The translations under genes and the position numbers were made by a program. From the NCBI GenBank assembly GCA_034439575.1, contig JAWXAQ010000027.1, forward strand, positions 352,001 to 416,000: DNA of 64,000 nt. Reading direction: 5' to 3'. The stretch is from Leptospira sp. (GTDB lineage Bacteria; Spirochaetota; Leptospiria; Leptospirales; Leptospiraceae). A model generated the notes under the pieces. It was not told where the DNA came from, searched no databases, and worked only from the letters and a program-made list of their open reading frames with translations. This document shows positions 38,910-49,742 of this stretch, piece by piece. The stretch's first letter is position 1. Every line of letters starts with the position of its first letter.

Positions 38910-40970
38910 ATGAATTCTCCAAATAAACTGATTGCAGAAAAAAGTCCGTATCTTTTACAACATGCTTATAACCCAGTAAATTGGAATCCTTGGGGTGAGA
39001 CGGCTTTTGAACAGGCTAAATCTGAGAACAAGGTAGTGTTTTTATCTATAGGTTATGCTACTTGTCATTGGTGTCATGTTATGGAAAGAGAATCCTTTGA
39101 AGATATAGGAACAGCAGAACTTTTGAATCAGAATTTTATTTGCATTAAATTAGATAGAGAGGAAAGGCCTGATATCGATAAAATCTATATGGATGCTCTG
39201 CACGCAATGGGGCAACAAGGCGGATGGCCGCTCAATTTATTTTTAACGCCTGAAAAATTGCCAATTTTAGGAGGCACCTATTTTCCCCCAGAACCAAGAT
39301 ATGGTCGGAAAAGTTTTAAAGATATTCTAACACTTGTTCAGAGAGCTTGGGAAAATCAAAAGGATGATTTGATCCAGTCGGCCGAGGAATTAACGAATTA
39401 CCTACGAGGTCTAGAAAAAAAACAAAATTCTGAAATTCAAATTTCCGATGATATTTTTAAAAATTCATTAGATAGATATAAAAAAGTCTACGACAAAAAC
39501 TTTTACGGATTTATAACAAATAACCAAAACAAGTTTCCACCTAGCATGGGTTTATCTTATTTACTAGCCTTATCCAAAATTTATAAGGATGAATTTGCAT
39601 TAGAAATAGTTTATAATTCTGCATTTGCTATGAAGTCGGGAGGAATTTACGATCAAATTGGTGGCGGGATTTCTCGTTATGCGACAGATCATGAATGGTT
39701 AGTCCCTCATTTTGAAAAGATGTTGTATGATAATTCATTGTTTCTTAAATTACTCTCTGAACTTTATAAAGTTACGAAAGAAGATTTTTTTCTAAATAGT
39801 TTACTGGATATTATAAATTACGTAAATAGAGACTTATTATTGTTAGAAGGTGGAATATCTTCAGCAGAAGATGCGGATTCGGAAGGGGAAGAAGGTAAAT
39901 TTTACATTTGGGATGAATATGAAATAAAAAATGCAAAAATATCTAAAAAAGTTTTAGAGTATTGGAATGTCACTTCCATCGGTAATTTTGAAGGAAAGAA
40001 TATTCTAAATGTCACAATTAATGGTCAGAATCCTTATAATGACAATCAGATTTTAATTCCAGAATTTATAGATGAACTAAATGAAGCCAAAAAAAACTTA
40101 CTTGAAATAAGAAATACTAGAATTCGTCCACTACGAGATGATAAAGTCATCACGTCTTGGAATTGTTTATACATTCAAGCCCTTATCAGCGCATACCAAG
40201 CCACAAATAAAATGGAATTATTAACTAGCGCCATTTCCATTCATCAGTTTCTGACAGACAAACTGAGAACAGGTGATGGTTTTTTATTTAGACGGTATAG
40301 AGACGGGGAAGCAAAATTTGAAGGAAATCTTACTGATTATGTAGAATTTATATTGGCTAGTCTTTTGCTTTTTCAAGAAACTGAGAATGAAAAATACTTC
40401 ACTTATGCTAAAGAAAATCTTAAAATCATCTTTCAAAATTTCAAATCTGATTTTGGACCATTTTATGATTCGATTTCACATAACAAGGATTTAATTCTAA
40501 GAACGATAGATGGATATGATGGTGTCGAACCCTCGGGTAATTCGAGTTTGACAACAATATTTCTACTTTTGTCAAAATGGGGCTATAAATCGGAAGAATT
40601 TTATGCCCATGCAAAACAAATATTTTCACATTTCTCAAAAGAATTGAATTCTAATTCTATGAGTTATCCTGTGATGTTAAATTCTCTTTTACAATTCACA
40701 TATCCGAGTATAGAAGTAGTTGTGATTTATAAAAAAGAATGTAATGAAGAAGTCACAGAAATTAGAAATGGTCTACGGACTATTTTTTCGCCTTTCATAA
40801 ACTATCTGATTCTAGAAGAATCAAACGCATTACATTTAAGTCATGAATTGACTTTGTTAAAAGATAGAAATGCTGGTGATTCCCACCTAGTCTATGTTTG
40901 TAAAGATTTTGTCTGTTCAATGCCTGTGAGAGGATGGGAAAAAACAAAAGAATTAATCATAGATTTATGA
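38910..40970 (+). CDS. Thioredoxin domain-containing protein (YyaL/SSP411 family)
   Basis: [46 protein letters not shown]...C..P. Confidence 0.93.
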   Translation: MNSPNKLIAEKSPYLLQHAYNPVNWNPWGETAFEQAKSENKVVFLSIGYATCHWCHVMERESFEDIGTAELLNQNFICIKLDREERPDIDKIYMDALHAMGQQGGWPLNLFLTPEKLPILGGTYFPPEPRYGRKSFKDILTLVQRAWENQKDDLIQSAEELTNYLRGLEKKQNSEIQISDDIFKNSLDRYKKVYDKNFYGFITNNQNKFPPSMGLSYLLALSKIYKDEFALEIVYNSAFAMKSGGIYDQIGGGISRYATDHEWLVPHFEKMLYDNSLFLKLLSELYKVTKEDFFLNSLLDIINYVNRDLLLLEGGISSAEDADSEGEEGKFYIWDEYEIKNAKISKKVLEYWNVTSIGNFEGKNILNVTINGQNPYNDNQILIPEFIDELNEAKKNLLEIRNTRIRPLRDDKVITSWNCLYIQALISAYQATNKMELLTSAISIHQFLTDKLRTGDGFLFRRYRDGEAKFEGNLTDYVEFILASLLLFQETENEKYFTYAKENLKIIFQNFKSDFGPFYDSISHNKDLILRTIDGYDGVEPSGNSSLTTIFLLLSKWGYKSEEFYAHAKQIFSHFSKELNSNSMSYPVMLNSLLQFTYPSIEVVVIYKKECNEEVTEIRNGLRTIFSPFINYLILEESNALHLSHELTLLKDRNAGDSHLVYVCKDFVCSMPVRGWEKTKELIIDL

Positions 40971-41322
40971 CTTTTGCATCTCCCCAAAGTCTTTCTAGTG
41001 AATAATAATTTCTCATTTCTTCAGTCATTATATGTACACAGATTTCACCGTAATCAAGTAAGATCCAACCTGTTGCGTCCTTCGGTAAATCTGTGATATG
41101 ATTTCTGCGTTCAGCAAGTTTAAGTGGTTTCATATATTTTTCTATATCTTTGGCTACACTTCTACCTTGCGTTTCTGATTTAACAGTTGCTAGCACGAAA
41201 ATTGATAAATAAGAATTTACTTCTCTTAAATCCAATGCTTCAATTTGTTCGCATTTCTTTTCAATAAGACTTTTTTCTATTTTTTTTAAGTGTCCGAGAG
41301 TCTCTTCACTAATTTTATTCAT
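40957..41322 (-). CDS. rsfS: Ribosome silencing factor RsfS
   Basis: WILLDYG...VHIM...[15 protein letters not shown] 41322 after AAGGA. Confidence 0.92.
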   Translation of the reverse strand: MNKISEETLGHLKKIEKSLIEKKCEQIEALDLREVNSYLSIFVLATVKSETQGRSVAKDIEKYMKPLKLAERRNHITDLPKDATGWILLDYGEICVHIMTEEMRNYYSLERLWGDAKVINL

Positions 41323-41323
41323 A

Positions 41324-42475
41324 TTATTCCTTTGAGTTCTGAAAATCTTCACCGAGAACTACAGTCGCATCTAATCCAAGATCTTTCCGTAATGAAAAAT
41401 AAACATTTCTTCCTTGAAACGTTTCGGAAATAGTTTCCGTATATTGTGTGTTACCAGATCGATTTAGAATCACACTTTTATCAAAATTTGTATCCCAAGC
41501 ATTATCAACCGATAGCACTTTTAGACCTTTGTCGTTTAACAATGATTTTCCATAGCGTGCCAATCCACTTTTTTCTGTACCATTTAGAATTTCGATCCTT
41601 GCTCTTTCACCATCTGAATAATAACTTGATCGCACATCAGATACAAATTTAGTAAGTGCCACTTTCACAGTTTCTGATTTAGTTTTAAGAATCTCATCTT
41701 TCTTTTTAATTCGCAAAATAGGTTCGGCTGGTAATTCTGAAACTCCGATATGTATCTTTTCTTTTCTAAAAAGATCTAACAAAGAATCCCATTCTTTGAA
41801 ATCCATATTATTTTCGATTTTTTCATGCAAATAAACTGATTTTTGTTTGGTTATAGAATCTGGCTTTCTATGAATAGTTTCTAATATACTCAACACCATA
41901 CTTTCTTGTAGTTCTAATCTGTGAATGTAAGATAACATTTTTTTATCTTCTAAGTAAGAAATGACATCAAAACAATCCTCACCATCAAGATTATAGATTC
42001 GATTTTTTCTTTCGTATCTATTTGTGATTCGACTCGATTTTGGTTCAAAGAAAAATTCCACACCACCTAATAAATTTATAAACGCATGAAATTGATTTTC
42101 TCGAATTATAATTTTATGTTGGATCGAAAAATCCAATATATCTTCCAAAAATGAATCGAGTTCTCCTGGAGCTTTTTTTCCATAATCTTCTAACGTTTTT
42201 TCATCCTCAAATGAGGTTAGGGGATTCACAAAAAATAGTGCGGCTTTTTTTTCCTGGGGATAAATTTCAGCATAGACTGAAAACAAATATTGGTCTGAAT
42301 CAGATAAAATACTGACTAGCACATTCGTTCTTTTTCCAAATCCAAATTTCAAATCAGATCCTAAACCCGATTTATTTCGAAATAATAAAGTGATCAGTGC
42401 AAGAGCTAACACGGAGCCTGCGATGATTAAGAGAAGGTAAGGTTTTTTCTGAATTTCTTTTGATTCTTGTAACAT
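41324..42475 (-). CDS. LCP-like protein with LytR C-terminal domain
   Basis: TM anchor, FINLLGGV, LDGE, C-terminal IEILNGT..SGLA...DATVVLGEDF. Confidence 0.8.
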   Translation of the reverse strand: MLQESKEIQKKPYLLLIIAGSVLALALITLLFRNKSGLGSDLKFGFGKRTNVLVSILSDSDQYLFSVYAEIYPQEKKAALFFVNPLTSFEDEKTLEDYGKKAPGELDSFLEDILDFSIQHKIIIRENQFHAFINLLGGVEFFFEPKSSRITNRYERKNRIYNLDGEDCFDVISYLEDKKMLSYIHRLELQESMVLSILETIHRKPDSITKQKSVYLHEKIENNMDFKEWDSLLDLFRKEKIHIGVSELPAEPILRIKKKDEILKTKSETVKVALTKFVSDVRSSYYSDGERARIEILNGTEKSGLARYGKSLLNDKGLKVLSVDNAWDTNFDKSVILNRSGNTQYTETISETFQGRNVYFSLRKDLGLDATVVLGEDFQNSKE

Positions 42476-42481
42476 TTTTAA

Positions 42482-43066
42482 TTATCGGATATGCGAGAGT
42501 GTGCTATTAAATGTGTCAATAGTAGCTTGGTAAATTTGACCTTTGGTTTCAATCAGATTATTTATGGTTTTTGCCGACTTTAAATAGATTCCGAATTGTA
42601 AATTTTTATAAGTTTCAGTTTCCCAAATTTCCAAATCTGTTTGTTTCAAAGCATATTCTGAACCTAAAAAATCAGCGGCATATAAAATTTTTTGTATTAA
42701 GGTCATTGCCGCGGAACCCAATGTATGGGTTCGTATTGCAGAAAATACCTCTTCATTTTCTAAACCGTATTTTGAATGTAAATAAATGGGAGCGCTGTAT
42801 GCGTGATAGGCTTCTTCAGGAATTTCAGAAAAATTCGTAAATTTAGCGGCAATAAATAATTGAAGATGGAATTCTTTTTTCTTTTGTTTTGTAATGTCGT
42901 GGGTAATTCCTGCGAAATATGCGATTCTGGGATTCAAAAATTTATTAATATGAGCAAGTTTTTCTGCTTGTTTTGCCACACGTAAACAATGCTCCCACCT
43001 AGTATTTGTTATTTCTTTTGGAATAGCTTCCATAAAAAATGAAATCCAATCTTCAACCGATTTCAT
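42482..43066 (-). CDS. yqeK: HD-domain Ap4A hydrolase YqeK
   Basis: RWEHCLRV, HDITK, H, HT.G, LYAAD; directly after nadD. Confidence 0.82.
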   Translation of the reverse strand: MKSVEDWISFFMEAIPKEITNTRWEHCLRVAKQAEKLAHINKFLNPRIAYFAGITHDITKQKKKEFHLQLFIAAKFTNFSEIPEEAYHAYSAPIYLHSKYGLENEEVFSAIRTHTLGSAAMTLIQKILYAADFLGSEYALKQTDLEIWETETYKNLQFGIYLKSAKTINNLIETKGQIYQATIDTFNSTLSHIR

Positions 43067-43655
43067 TTTTAAACCAATTGATTTTTTCTAAATATGCAAC
43101 AACTTTTGGATCTAACCATTGTTTTGATAAATTTAAATTTCGTTCTGCTTTGAGTCGGGTAGATGAAATTTCCCATAGGTCATTATTTAACACGACTGAT
43201 TTATTTTCTAAATATTTGTTAGGAAAATTGACGGCTTGAGGATAGGGACTGTCCCTGCGGATGATAATATATTTCTCTATCAATAAATCCAATTCTTTAA
43301 AATTATACCAATAGATGAGGCCAATCAAACTATCCTCACCAATGCATAAGAATACTTTTTGATTTTGATATTCAGCAATAATTGATTTTACAGTATTTAT
43401 CGTATAACTCACATCATCATTTTTGATTTCTATATCGGAAAGTAAGGTTTGCTCATCAATTAGCTCTGCAAAACTTAGCTTACATAAATTCCATAAATCT
43501 TCCTGTTGCAAAGATTTATCCTTTTTGAAGGGAGAAATTTTGTTTGGGATAATTATGATTTTTTTAGCAATTGGATATTTTTTTTTTAAGGATTGTATGA
43601 TATGGTTATGACCTGTATGAGGGGGGTCAAAACTTCCACCAAATATAATGATCAT
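43053..43655 (-). CDS. nadD: Nicotinate-nucleotide adenylyltransferase
   Basis: FGGSFDPPHTGH, SYTINT, IGED, ISST. Confidence 0.92.
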   Translation of the reverse strand: MIIIFGGSFDPPHTGHNHIIQSLKKKYPIAKKIIIIPNKISPFKKDKSLQQEDLWNLCKLSFAELIDEQTLLSDIEIKNDDVSYTINTVKSIIAEYQNQKVFLCIGEDSLIGLIYWYNFKELDLLIEKYIIIRRDSPYPQAVNFPNKYLENKSVVLNNDLWEISSTRLKAERNLNLSKQWLDPKVVAYLEKINWFKNEIG

Positions 43656-43656
43656 A

Positions 43657-44916
43657 CTAGCTTCGAACTTGTCCTTTGCCTGTTACATATGTTGTTGTCG
43701 TTGTTAAATGCATGAGTCCCATCGGTCCTCGAACATGAAGTTTTCCTGTAGAAATTCCGACTTCGGCACCTAATCCAAATTCTCCGCCATCATGAAATCG
43801 AGTCGAACAATTCACAAATATCGCAGCGCTATCCAATCTTTTTTGAAATTCGCGAATATTGGATTCACTTTCAGAAAGAATGCACTCTGTATGTCCTGAA
43901 CTAAATGTTTCTATAAAATTTACGACTTCATCCATGGATGAAACCATTTTCACGCTGAGTCTTGAATCTAAAAATTCTGTAGCATAGTCATTTTCGCTTG
44001 CGACCTTACCATTCGAAAAAATTAGTTTTGCGGATTCATCTAGCAATAGTTCTACGCCTGCATTTGCCAATTGCTCTAATAAAATTTTATTTTTTGGATA
44101 TTTTTTATGTAGAATCAAGTTTTCTAAGGCATTACATACCCCGGGTCTTTGTAATTTAGAATTTAATAATATAGGCAAGATAATGGATTCAACAGCAGAC
44201 TCATCCACAAACAAATTGGTAACACCTTTATCATGTTTCACGACCGGGATTTTACTATTCTTTGATACAAATTGAATGAGGGCTTCGCCACCTCTAGGTA
44301 CTACGATATCAATATATTCCTCTAATTGAAAAAACGGTAACATTGCCTCTCGATCTGTATTTTCTACAAATACCACCGATCCTTCCTCTATATTTTCTGA
44401 ATGCAGTGCCATATGAAATAATTTAACTAAAATCAGATTGGAGTGAATGGCTTCCGAACCACCTCTGAGTATACAGGCGTTTCCAGATTTAAAGGAAAGG
44501 GAGGCAATGTCTATGATCACATTTGGACGGGATTCAAAAATGGTCATCACAACACCAATTGGCACGCGTTTGGTGAGAAGTTCTAAGCCGTTTGGTAAAA
44601 CAACACCTCGGGTTACTTCGCCAACTGGATCTTGCAGTGAGCGAATCTCATCTACACTTTTCCGCATTGCTTCAATTCGTTTTTCGTCAAGTAACAAACG
44701 ATCAAGTAAGGCTGATGATAAGTTTTTTGCCTTACCGTTCTCCATGTCCTTTTTGTTTTCAGTAATAATTTCTGTTTTGTTTTCTATCAATAGAGAGGCA
44801 AGTTTCATTAGAACTTTATTCTTAGTTAATGTATCTAAAGTTCGGATGTTTCTACTCGCTTTCTTGGCTTTTTTTGCTAAGGTTAATGCGTTTGTTTGAT
44901 AATTTTCAGAACTCAT
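43657..44916 (-). CDS. proA: Glutamate-5-semialdehyde dehydrogenase
   Basis: [55 protein letters not shown]. Confidence 0.96.
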   Translation of the reverse strand: MSSENYQTNALTLAKKAKKASRNIRTLDTLTKNKVLMKLASLLIENKTEIITENKKDMENGKAKNLSSALLDRLLLDEKRIEAMRKSVDEIRSLQDPVGEVTRGVVLPNGLELLTKRVPIGVVMTIFESRPNVIIDIASLSFKSGNACILRGGSEAIHSNLILVKLFHMALHSENIEEGSVVFVENTDREAMLPFFQLEEYIDIVVPRGGEALIQFVSKNSKIPVVKHDKGVTNLFVDESAVESIILPILLNSKLQRPGVCNALENLILHKKYPKNKILLEQLANAGVELLLDESAKLIFSNGKVASENDYATEFLDSRLSVKMVSSMDEVVNFIETFSSGHTECILSESESNIREFQKRLDSAAIFVNCSTRFHDGGEFGLGAEVGISTGKLHVRGPMGLMHLTTTTTYVTGKGQVRS

Positions 44917-45788
44917 AAACTATTTCCTTCTTCTTTAGAAATGGCAAAAAAACGATTTTGTATTTCTCTTTCATTTGGAACAGAGTGGGGGATATTTTGA
45001 TTTGCAATAAGAGTTCCAAAATTTGGTTCTTTAAAAAAGCGCGATATCGCATTTTTTTCTTCACCATTAATAATCCCTGTATTGATTCCATTTGGTAACA
45101 GAAGTTTTGCGGCCTTCAGTTTTGTCGCCATTCCGCCAGTACCTGGACCTGATGGGCCAGTTGCATAAGATTCTTCTTTTTCGCCAATACTTTCCAATAA
45201 GTCTACTTTTTTATCTTTTATTAAAAAACCATCTACACCTGTTAGGATGAGTAATAAATCTGCACCGACTATGGATGCGACGATTGAGGAAAGGATGTCA
45301 TTATCGCCTAAATTGATTTCTTCTGTTGAAATAGAATCATTTTCATTCACTATGGGAAGCACACCCCAATCCAGAAGTTGGCGAAAGGTTGTTTTTAAAT
45401 TGATGAAGTTTTTATCTTCATTCAAATCTCTTCTGCCAAATAGGATTTGGGCAATGGGTACATTGACCCGACTAAAAAAACTTTCATACAAATTAAGAAG
45501 CCTGTTTTGTCCCATAGCCGCAAACGCTTGTTTTTCGGAAAGAGTAGGGGCACCGAGCATTTCTTTTTTATTTATCTTTTGAAAGAGTTTTTTGCCTTGA
45601 GCTATGGCACCTGAAGAAACGAGGATCACTTCCTTGCCATTATCGCGCAGGTTTCGTATATCACCTGCTAGACCAAAAAGAAAATCATTGATCTTATCAT
45701 TACTTCCAGAGACTCGTGCGGAGCCAATTTTGATGACGATGATTTTTGCTTTATTTATTTTTTCTAAATAGTCACTTCGAGAATTCAT
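44913..45788 (-). CDS. proB: Glutamate 5-kinase (no PUA domain)
   Basis: [37 protein letters not shown]. Confidence 0.95.
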   Translation of the reverse strand: MNSRSDYLEKINKAKIIVIKIGSARVSGSNDKINDFLFGLAGDIRNLRDNGKEVILVSSGAIAQGKKLFQKINKKEMLGAPTLSEKQAFAAMGQNRLLNLYESFFSRVNVPIAQILFGRRDLNEDKNFINLKTTFRQLLDWGVLPIVNENDSISTEEINLGDNDILSSIVASIVGADLLLILTGVDGFLIKDKKVDLLESIGEKEESYATGPSGPGTGGMATKLKAAKLLLPNGINTGIINGEEKNAISRFFKEPNFGTLIANQNIPHSVPNEREIQNRFFAISKEEGNSL

Positions 45789-46789
45789 TTCATTCGGTCC
45801 GAAAAATAAACTTGGTCGATCCTCTCTAAAAGATATTCTAAATTGAGTTCTTTTTCTGCTGATATCAGAATGATTTCGCCAAATTTGGAATAGTTTTGTT
45901 TGATCTCTTCGGTAAATTTTGGATCATCCCAAATATCAATTTTATTTATTACAAGTAAAAATGGTTTTTCCAGAAGTGTTTCATTATAAGAACCAAGTTC
46001 GTTTCGTAACATTTCCAATTCTTCTTCCAAATACAAATTGCCACCATCAAAAAGGAAAAGTATCCCTTGCACGCGTTCAATGTGTTTTAAAAATGATAAA
46101 CCGAGACCTACACCCTTTGAAGCACCTTCAATGATTCCTGGAATGTCTGCCACCGTATAACGAAAAGTATCTTGGTGTCTATGCACCACACCTAAGTTTG
46201 GTGATAGTGTGGTAAATGCATAACCTGCAATTTTTGGATGTGCATGAGTAATCTTTGCAAGTAGGGTGGACTTGCCTGCATTTGGTAATCCAACGATTCC
46301 AATGTCTGCTAGTAATTTTAATTGAAATATAACAGCAAAACTATCCCCGTCTTCACCAGGTTGGGAAAAACGAGGTGTTTGGTGTGTAGATGATTTAAAA
46401 AATGTATTTCCTTTGCCACCACGCCCACCTTTGGCAATCGTATATTCTTCACCCTCTTTGGTAAAATCATACATAAGTTCCATGGTGACAGAATCAAACA
46501 CCTGTGTACCAATTGGTACTTTGAGTGTAAGGTCTTCGCCATTTCGTCCGTGTTTGTCATTGCCAGAGCCTGGTTCCCCATCTTCGGCGGCGTACAATCT
46601 ATCCGGTAAGTAATTTTCCAAAGTCATAATGCGGGACTCTGCAATCAAAATTACATTGCCACCACGGCCACCGTCACCGCCATCAGGTCCGCCAAATTCC
46701 ACAAATTTTTCTTTGTGAAAATGAACGGCTCCTGCGCCTCCGTGGCCTGCCTTGATTCGTATGGGAACTTCGTCTATAAAGCTTGTCAT
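45785..46789 (-). CDS. obgE: GTPase ObgE
   Basis: [39 protein letters not shown]. Confidence 0.96.
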   Translation of the reverse strand: MTSFIDEVPIRIKAGHGGAGAVHFHKEKFVEFGGPDGGDGGRGGNVILIAESRIMTLENYLPDRLYAAEDGEPGSGNDKHGRNGEDLTLKVPIGTQVFDSVTMELMYDFTKEGEEYTIAKGGRGGKGNTFFKSSTHQTPRFSQPGEDGDSFAVIFQLKLLADIGIVGLPNAGKSTLLAKITHAHPKIAGYAFTTLSPNLGVVHRHQDTFRYTVADIPGIIEGASKGVGLGLSFLKHIERVQGILFLFDGGNLYLEEELEMLRNELGSYNETLLEKPFLLVINKIDIWDDPKFTEEIKQNYSKFGEIILISAEKELNLEYLLERIDQVYFSDRMK

Positions 46790-46799
46790 GTTTTCCAAT

Positions 46800-46834
46800 A
46801 AAAAAACCCGTAAGAGGTAGCCTCAAACGGGTTT
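46800..46834 (-). terminator. Intrinsic terminator between rpmA and obgE
   Basis: Minus strand AAACCCGT-tt-GAGG-cta-CCTC-tt-ACGGGTTT running into a T7 tract. Confidence 0.75.
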
Positions 46835-46874
46835 CTTTGGCTCTCTATTCTTGCCCTAAAGCAAGAAAGAGGCA

Positions 46875-47132
46875 TTAGTTTTTCGGGTAAACCGATACTT
46901 GTTGTCTTTCTTTAGTTACGTGTTCGAAAGTGACAACGCCATCTGTAAGTGCAAAAAGAGTATGGTCACGACCAATGCCTACATTTTTGCCAGGTTTGAA
47001 CTGAGTACCACGTTGCCGAACGATGATGTTACCTGCGATTGCCAATTGGCCACCGTAGACTTTCACGCCTAAACGTTTCGATACCGAATCACGACCGTTC
47101 TTTGTGGATCCCCCACCTTTTTTTGTAGCCAT
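46875..47132 (-). CDS. rpmA: 50S ribosomal protein L27
   Basis: [32 protein letters not shown]. Confidence 0.98.
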   Translation of the reverse strand: MATKKGGGSTKNGRDSVSKRLGVKVYGGQLAIAGNIIVRQRGTQFKPGKNVGIGRDHTLFALTDGVVTFEHVTKERQQVSVYPKN

Positions 47133-47142
47133 TTTTTACCTC

Positions 47143-47463
47143 TTAATTACGTTCTTCAATGATCTGAATCGCGTTTGGGTGTTGTTTAGATAAACTCATC
47201 AGGCTAAATGTTGTCATTTGACCTAGAGTTTGAAACTCAGATAAAAAATCTGGTTTTACCAAAAACTCTAAAAACCCCTCACTCTTTTTTTCATCTTTCA
47301 AGCTCTCTTTCCATCCCATATAAGAATGAACAGATTGAACTAGGGTGGACACTCCCGCGCATAAAAGGTTATCCCCTTTATCTCCAAATTCACTTGGAGC
47401 ATGTCCTTTAACTTGAAAACCTTGAATCAGACCGTCCTTATAAAATATCTTAACTAATATCAA
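47143..47463 (-). CDS. prp: Ribosomal-processing cysteine protease Prp (DUF464)
   Basis: GFQVKGHA...LLCAGVS...P; between rplU and rpmA. Confidence 0.88.
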   Translation of the reverse strand: MILVKIFYKDGLIQGFQVKGHAPSEFGDKGDNLLCAGVSTLVQSVHSYMGWKESLKDEKKSEGFLEFLVKPDFLSEFQTLGQMTTFSLMSLSKQHPNAIQIIEERN

Positions 47464-47772
47464 TTAACCGCTAATAGAAACTACTTGTAACTTTTGGAGT
47501 TGTTGTCTGTGTCCCCAAGCTTTTTTGTAGTTCTTGCGTTTTTTGTATTTAAATCCGTGGATTTTATCGCCTTTGCAATCTTCTACGACTTTCAAAGTAA
47601 CCTTGGCCCCTGCAAGTGCTGGTGATCCAATGTTTACTTTGTTTTCGTCGGAAAGGAGAAGAACCTTTGCGTCAAAATTATTTCCTACAGCATTACCTGT
47701 CTTATCAGCAACGAAAACTTGGTCTGGAGCAACTTTAAATTGTTTAGCTCCGAGTTCTATAATGGCAAACAT
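47464..47772 (-). CDS. rplU: 50S ribosomal protein L21
   Basis: [14 protein letters not shown]...KYKKRKNY...GHRQ. Confidence 0.97.
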   Translation of the reverse strand: MFAIIELGAKQFKVAPDQVFVADKTGNAVGNNFDAKVLLLSDENKVNIGSPALAGAKVTLKVVEDCKGDKIHGFKYKKRKNYKKAWGHRQQLQKLQVVSISG

Positions 47773-47886
47773 ATACCTTTCCTAATCCCGAACTAGCAGT
47801 TCTTACCAGGATTTCTATGTCTAGTAGCTTGTCAAATTTAAATCCCCATCGACAGCTTAGCGCTTTTCGAATTTTTGGTAAAAACA

Positions 47887-49698
47887 ATGGAAATTCGAAA
47901 TATTGCTATCATCGCTCACGTTGACCATGGGAAGACAACCCTCACTGATTGTATCTTACGCCATACAGGCGCCGTCACAGCGAAAGAAGACCGAGAGCGA
48001 ATCATGGATTCAAATGCTCTAGAACAAGAGAAAGGTATCACCATCCTTGCTAAAAACACATCTGTCAAATACAAAAACACACGTATCAACATAGTAGACA
48101 CTCCAGGTCACGCTGACTTTGGCGGGGAAGTCGAACGAGTTCTCTCGATGACGGATTGCACCTTACTTCTGGTAGATGCATTCGATGGGCCGATGCCACA
48201 AACTCGTTTTGTGCTTGGGAAGTCGCTCCAATTAGGTCACAAACCAATTGTAGTAGTAAACAAGGTAGATAGAGATGGGGCAAGACCTGCCTTTGCTGTA
48301 GACAAGGTATTTGATCTCTTCAGTGACTTAGGTGCTACAGAAGAACAATTGGATTTTCCTATTATATATGCTTCTGCAAAACAAGGCTGGGCTGTGAATG
48401 AATTAAAAGAAGCTCCTGGAACAACCATTGAACCTTTGTTAGATAAAGTTTTGGCTCACGTTCCTCCTGTCAAAACAGATGACACTCGTCCTTTACAATT
48501 CCAAGTAGTGGCTCTTGATTACAATGAATACGTCGGTCGTATTGCCATTGGTAAAATGTATGCTGGTACTTTGAGAAAAGGCCAAGATGTAACACTTGCA
48601 AAAACAAATGGCCAAACCGCAAATTATAAAATTTCTAAAGTATATGGTTATGAAGGATTGCAACGCTACGAAGTAGACGAAGCAAGTTCTGGTGATATCG
48701 TAGCCATTGCTGGTATTCCAGATATGTTTATCGGTGACACAGTTTGTGATATGGGAAATCCACTCCCTCTGCCAGCAATCCAAGTGGAAGAGCCGACTGT
48801 ATCCATGTTTTTTATGATCAACAACTCTCCGTTTGCTGGTAAAGAAGGTAAGTATGTTACCACAAGAAATTTGCGTGAACGCCTTGATCGTGAATTAGAA
48901 ACGAATGTTGCGCTGAAACTAGAAGAAACAGACGATAAAGATCGTTTCAAAATTCTAGGTCGTGGGGAATTGCATTTATCCATCCTTATTGAAACCATGC
49001 GTAGAGAAGGATTTGAACTGCAAGTATCAAGACCAGAAGTTATTATGAAAACCAATGAGAAGGGTGAAAAAACAGAACCTTACGAAAACTTGGTGATGGA
49101 TTTACCGGAAATTTATTCAGGCGCAGTGATCCAGGAATTGAACCGCAGAAAAGGTGATCTTCATGGTATGGAGACTCATGCATCTGGAATCACTCGGGTA
49201 GAATATGAAATTCCTACTCGCGGACTCATCGGATTTCGCGGACATTTCATTTCTGAAACACGGGGCGAAGGCGTAATGTCTAGTCGGTTTTTGCGATATG
49301 ACAAATACAAAGGTGAGATTCCTGGTCGTAAAAACGGAGCTCTTATCTCTATGGATTCTGGGGATTCAACCGCTTACGCTTTATGGAAAGTGCAAGAACG
49401 CGGCGATCTTTTTATCGAACCACAAACAGCAGTATACCCTGGTATGATCCTTGGTATGAATGCACGTGACTCAGACTTAGAAGTAAATCCGGTGCGTGAG
49501 AAAAAATTGACAAACGTAAGAGCCTCTGGTTCTGACGAAGCAATTCGACTCACACCTCCACGTAAACTAACACTAGAACAGTCGATCGAATTCTTGGACG
49601 ATGATGAATTGTTAGAAGTTACTCCGCAAAGTTTGCGTCTTCGTAAAAAAATCTTAGATGCTTCTATGCGAAAACGTGCTGGTGGCGGAAGAAGTTAA
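47887..49698 (+). CDS. typA: Translational GTPase TypA/BipA
   Basis: [56 protein letters not shown]. Confidence 0.97.
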   Translation: MEIRNIAIIAHVDHGKTTLTDCILRHTGAVTAKEDRERIMDSNALEQEKGITILAKNTSVKYKNTRINIVDTPGHADFGGEVERVLSMTDCTLLLVDAFDGPMPQTRFVLGKSLQLGHKPIVVVNKVDRDGARPAFAVDKVFDLFSDLGATEEQLDFPIIYASAKQGWAVNELKEAPGTTIEPLLDKVLAHVPPVKTDDTRPLQFQVVALDYNEYVGRIAIGKMYAGTLRKGQDVTLAKTNGQTANYKISKVYGYEGLQRYEVDEASSGDIVAIAGIPDMFIGDTVCDMGNPLPLPAIQVEEPTVSMFFMINNSPFAGKEGKYVTTRNLRERLDRELETNVALKLEETDDKDRFKILGRGELHLSILIETMRREGFELQVSRPEVIMKTNEKGEKTEPYENLVMDLPEIYSGAVIQELNRRKGDLHGMETHASGITRVEYEIPTRGLIGFRGHFISETRGEGVMSSRFLRYDKYKGEIPGRKNGALISMDSGDSTAYALWKVQERGDLFIEPQTAVYPGMILGMNARDSDLEVNPVREKKLTNVRASGSDEAIRLTPPRKLTLEQSIEFLDDDELLEVTPQSLRLRKKILDASMRKRAGGGRS

Positions 49699-49712
49699 AT
49701 ATAATTTTTAGA

Positions 49713-49742
49713 AAAGGCTTTTCTTTAAAAAGAAAGGCCTTT
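49713..49742. terminator. Inverted repeat between convergent typA and the GMC gene
   Basis: AAAGGCTTTTCTTT-AA-AAAGAAAGGCCTTT, 14-bp arms with one mismatch, overlapping the GMC stop. Confidence 0.55.

Noticed and set aside
44447-44899. 150-aa plus-strand ORF
   Set aside because: Antisense shadow of proA.
44913-45788. ProB lacking a PUA domain as a possible truncation
   Set aside because: PUA-less glutamate 5-kinases are common, and the stop overlaps the proA start cleanly.
48666-49055. 129-aa minus-strand ORF and neighbouring short ORFs
   Set aside because: Antisense shadows of typA.
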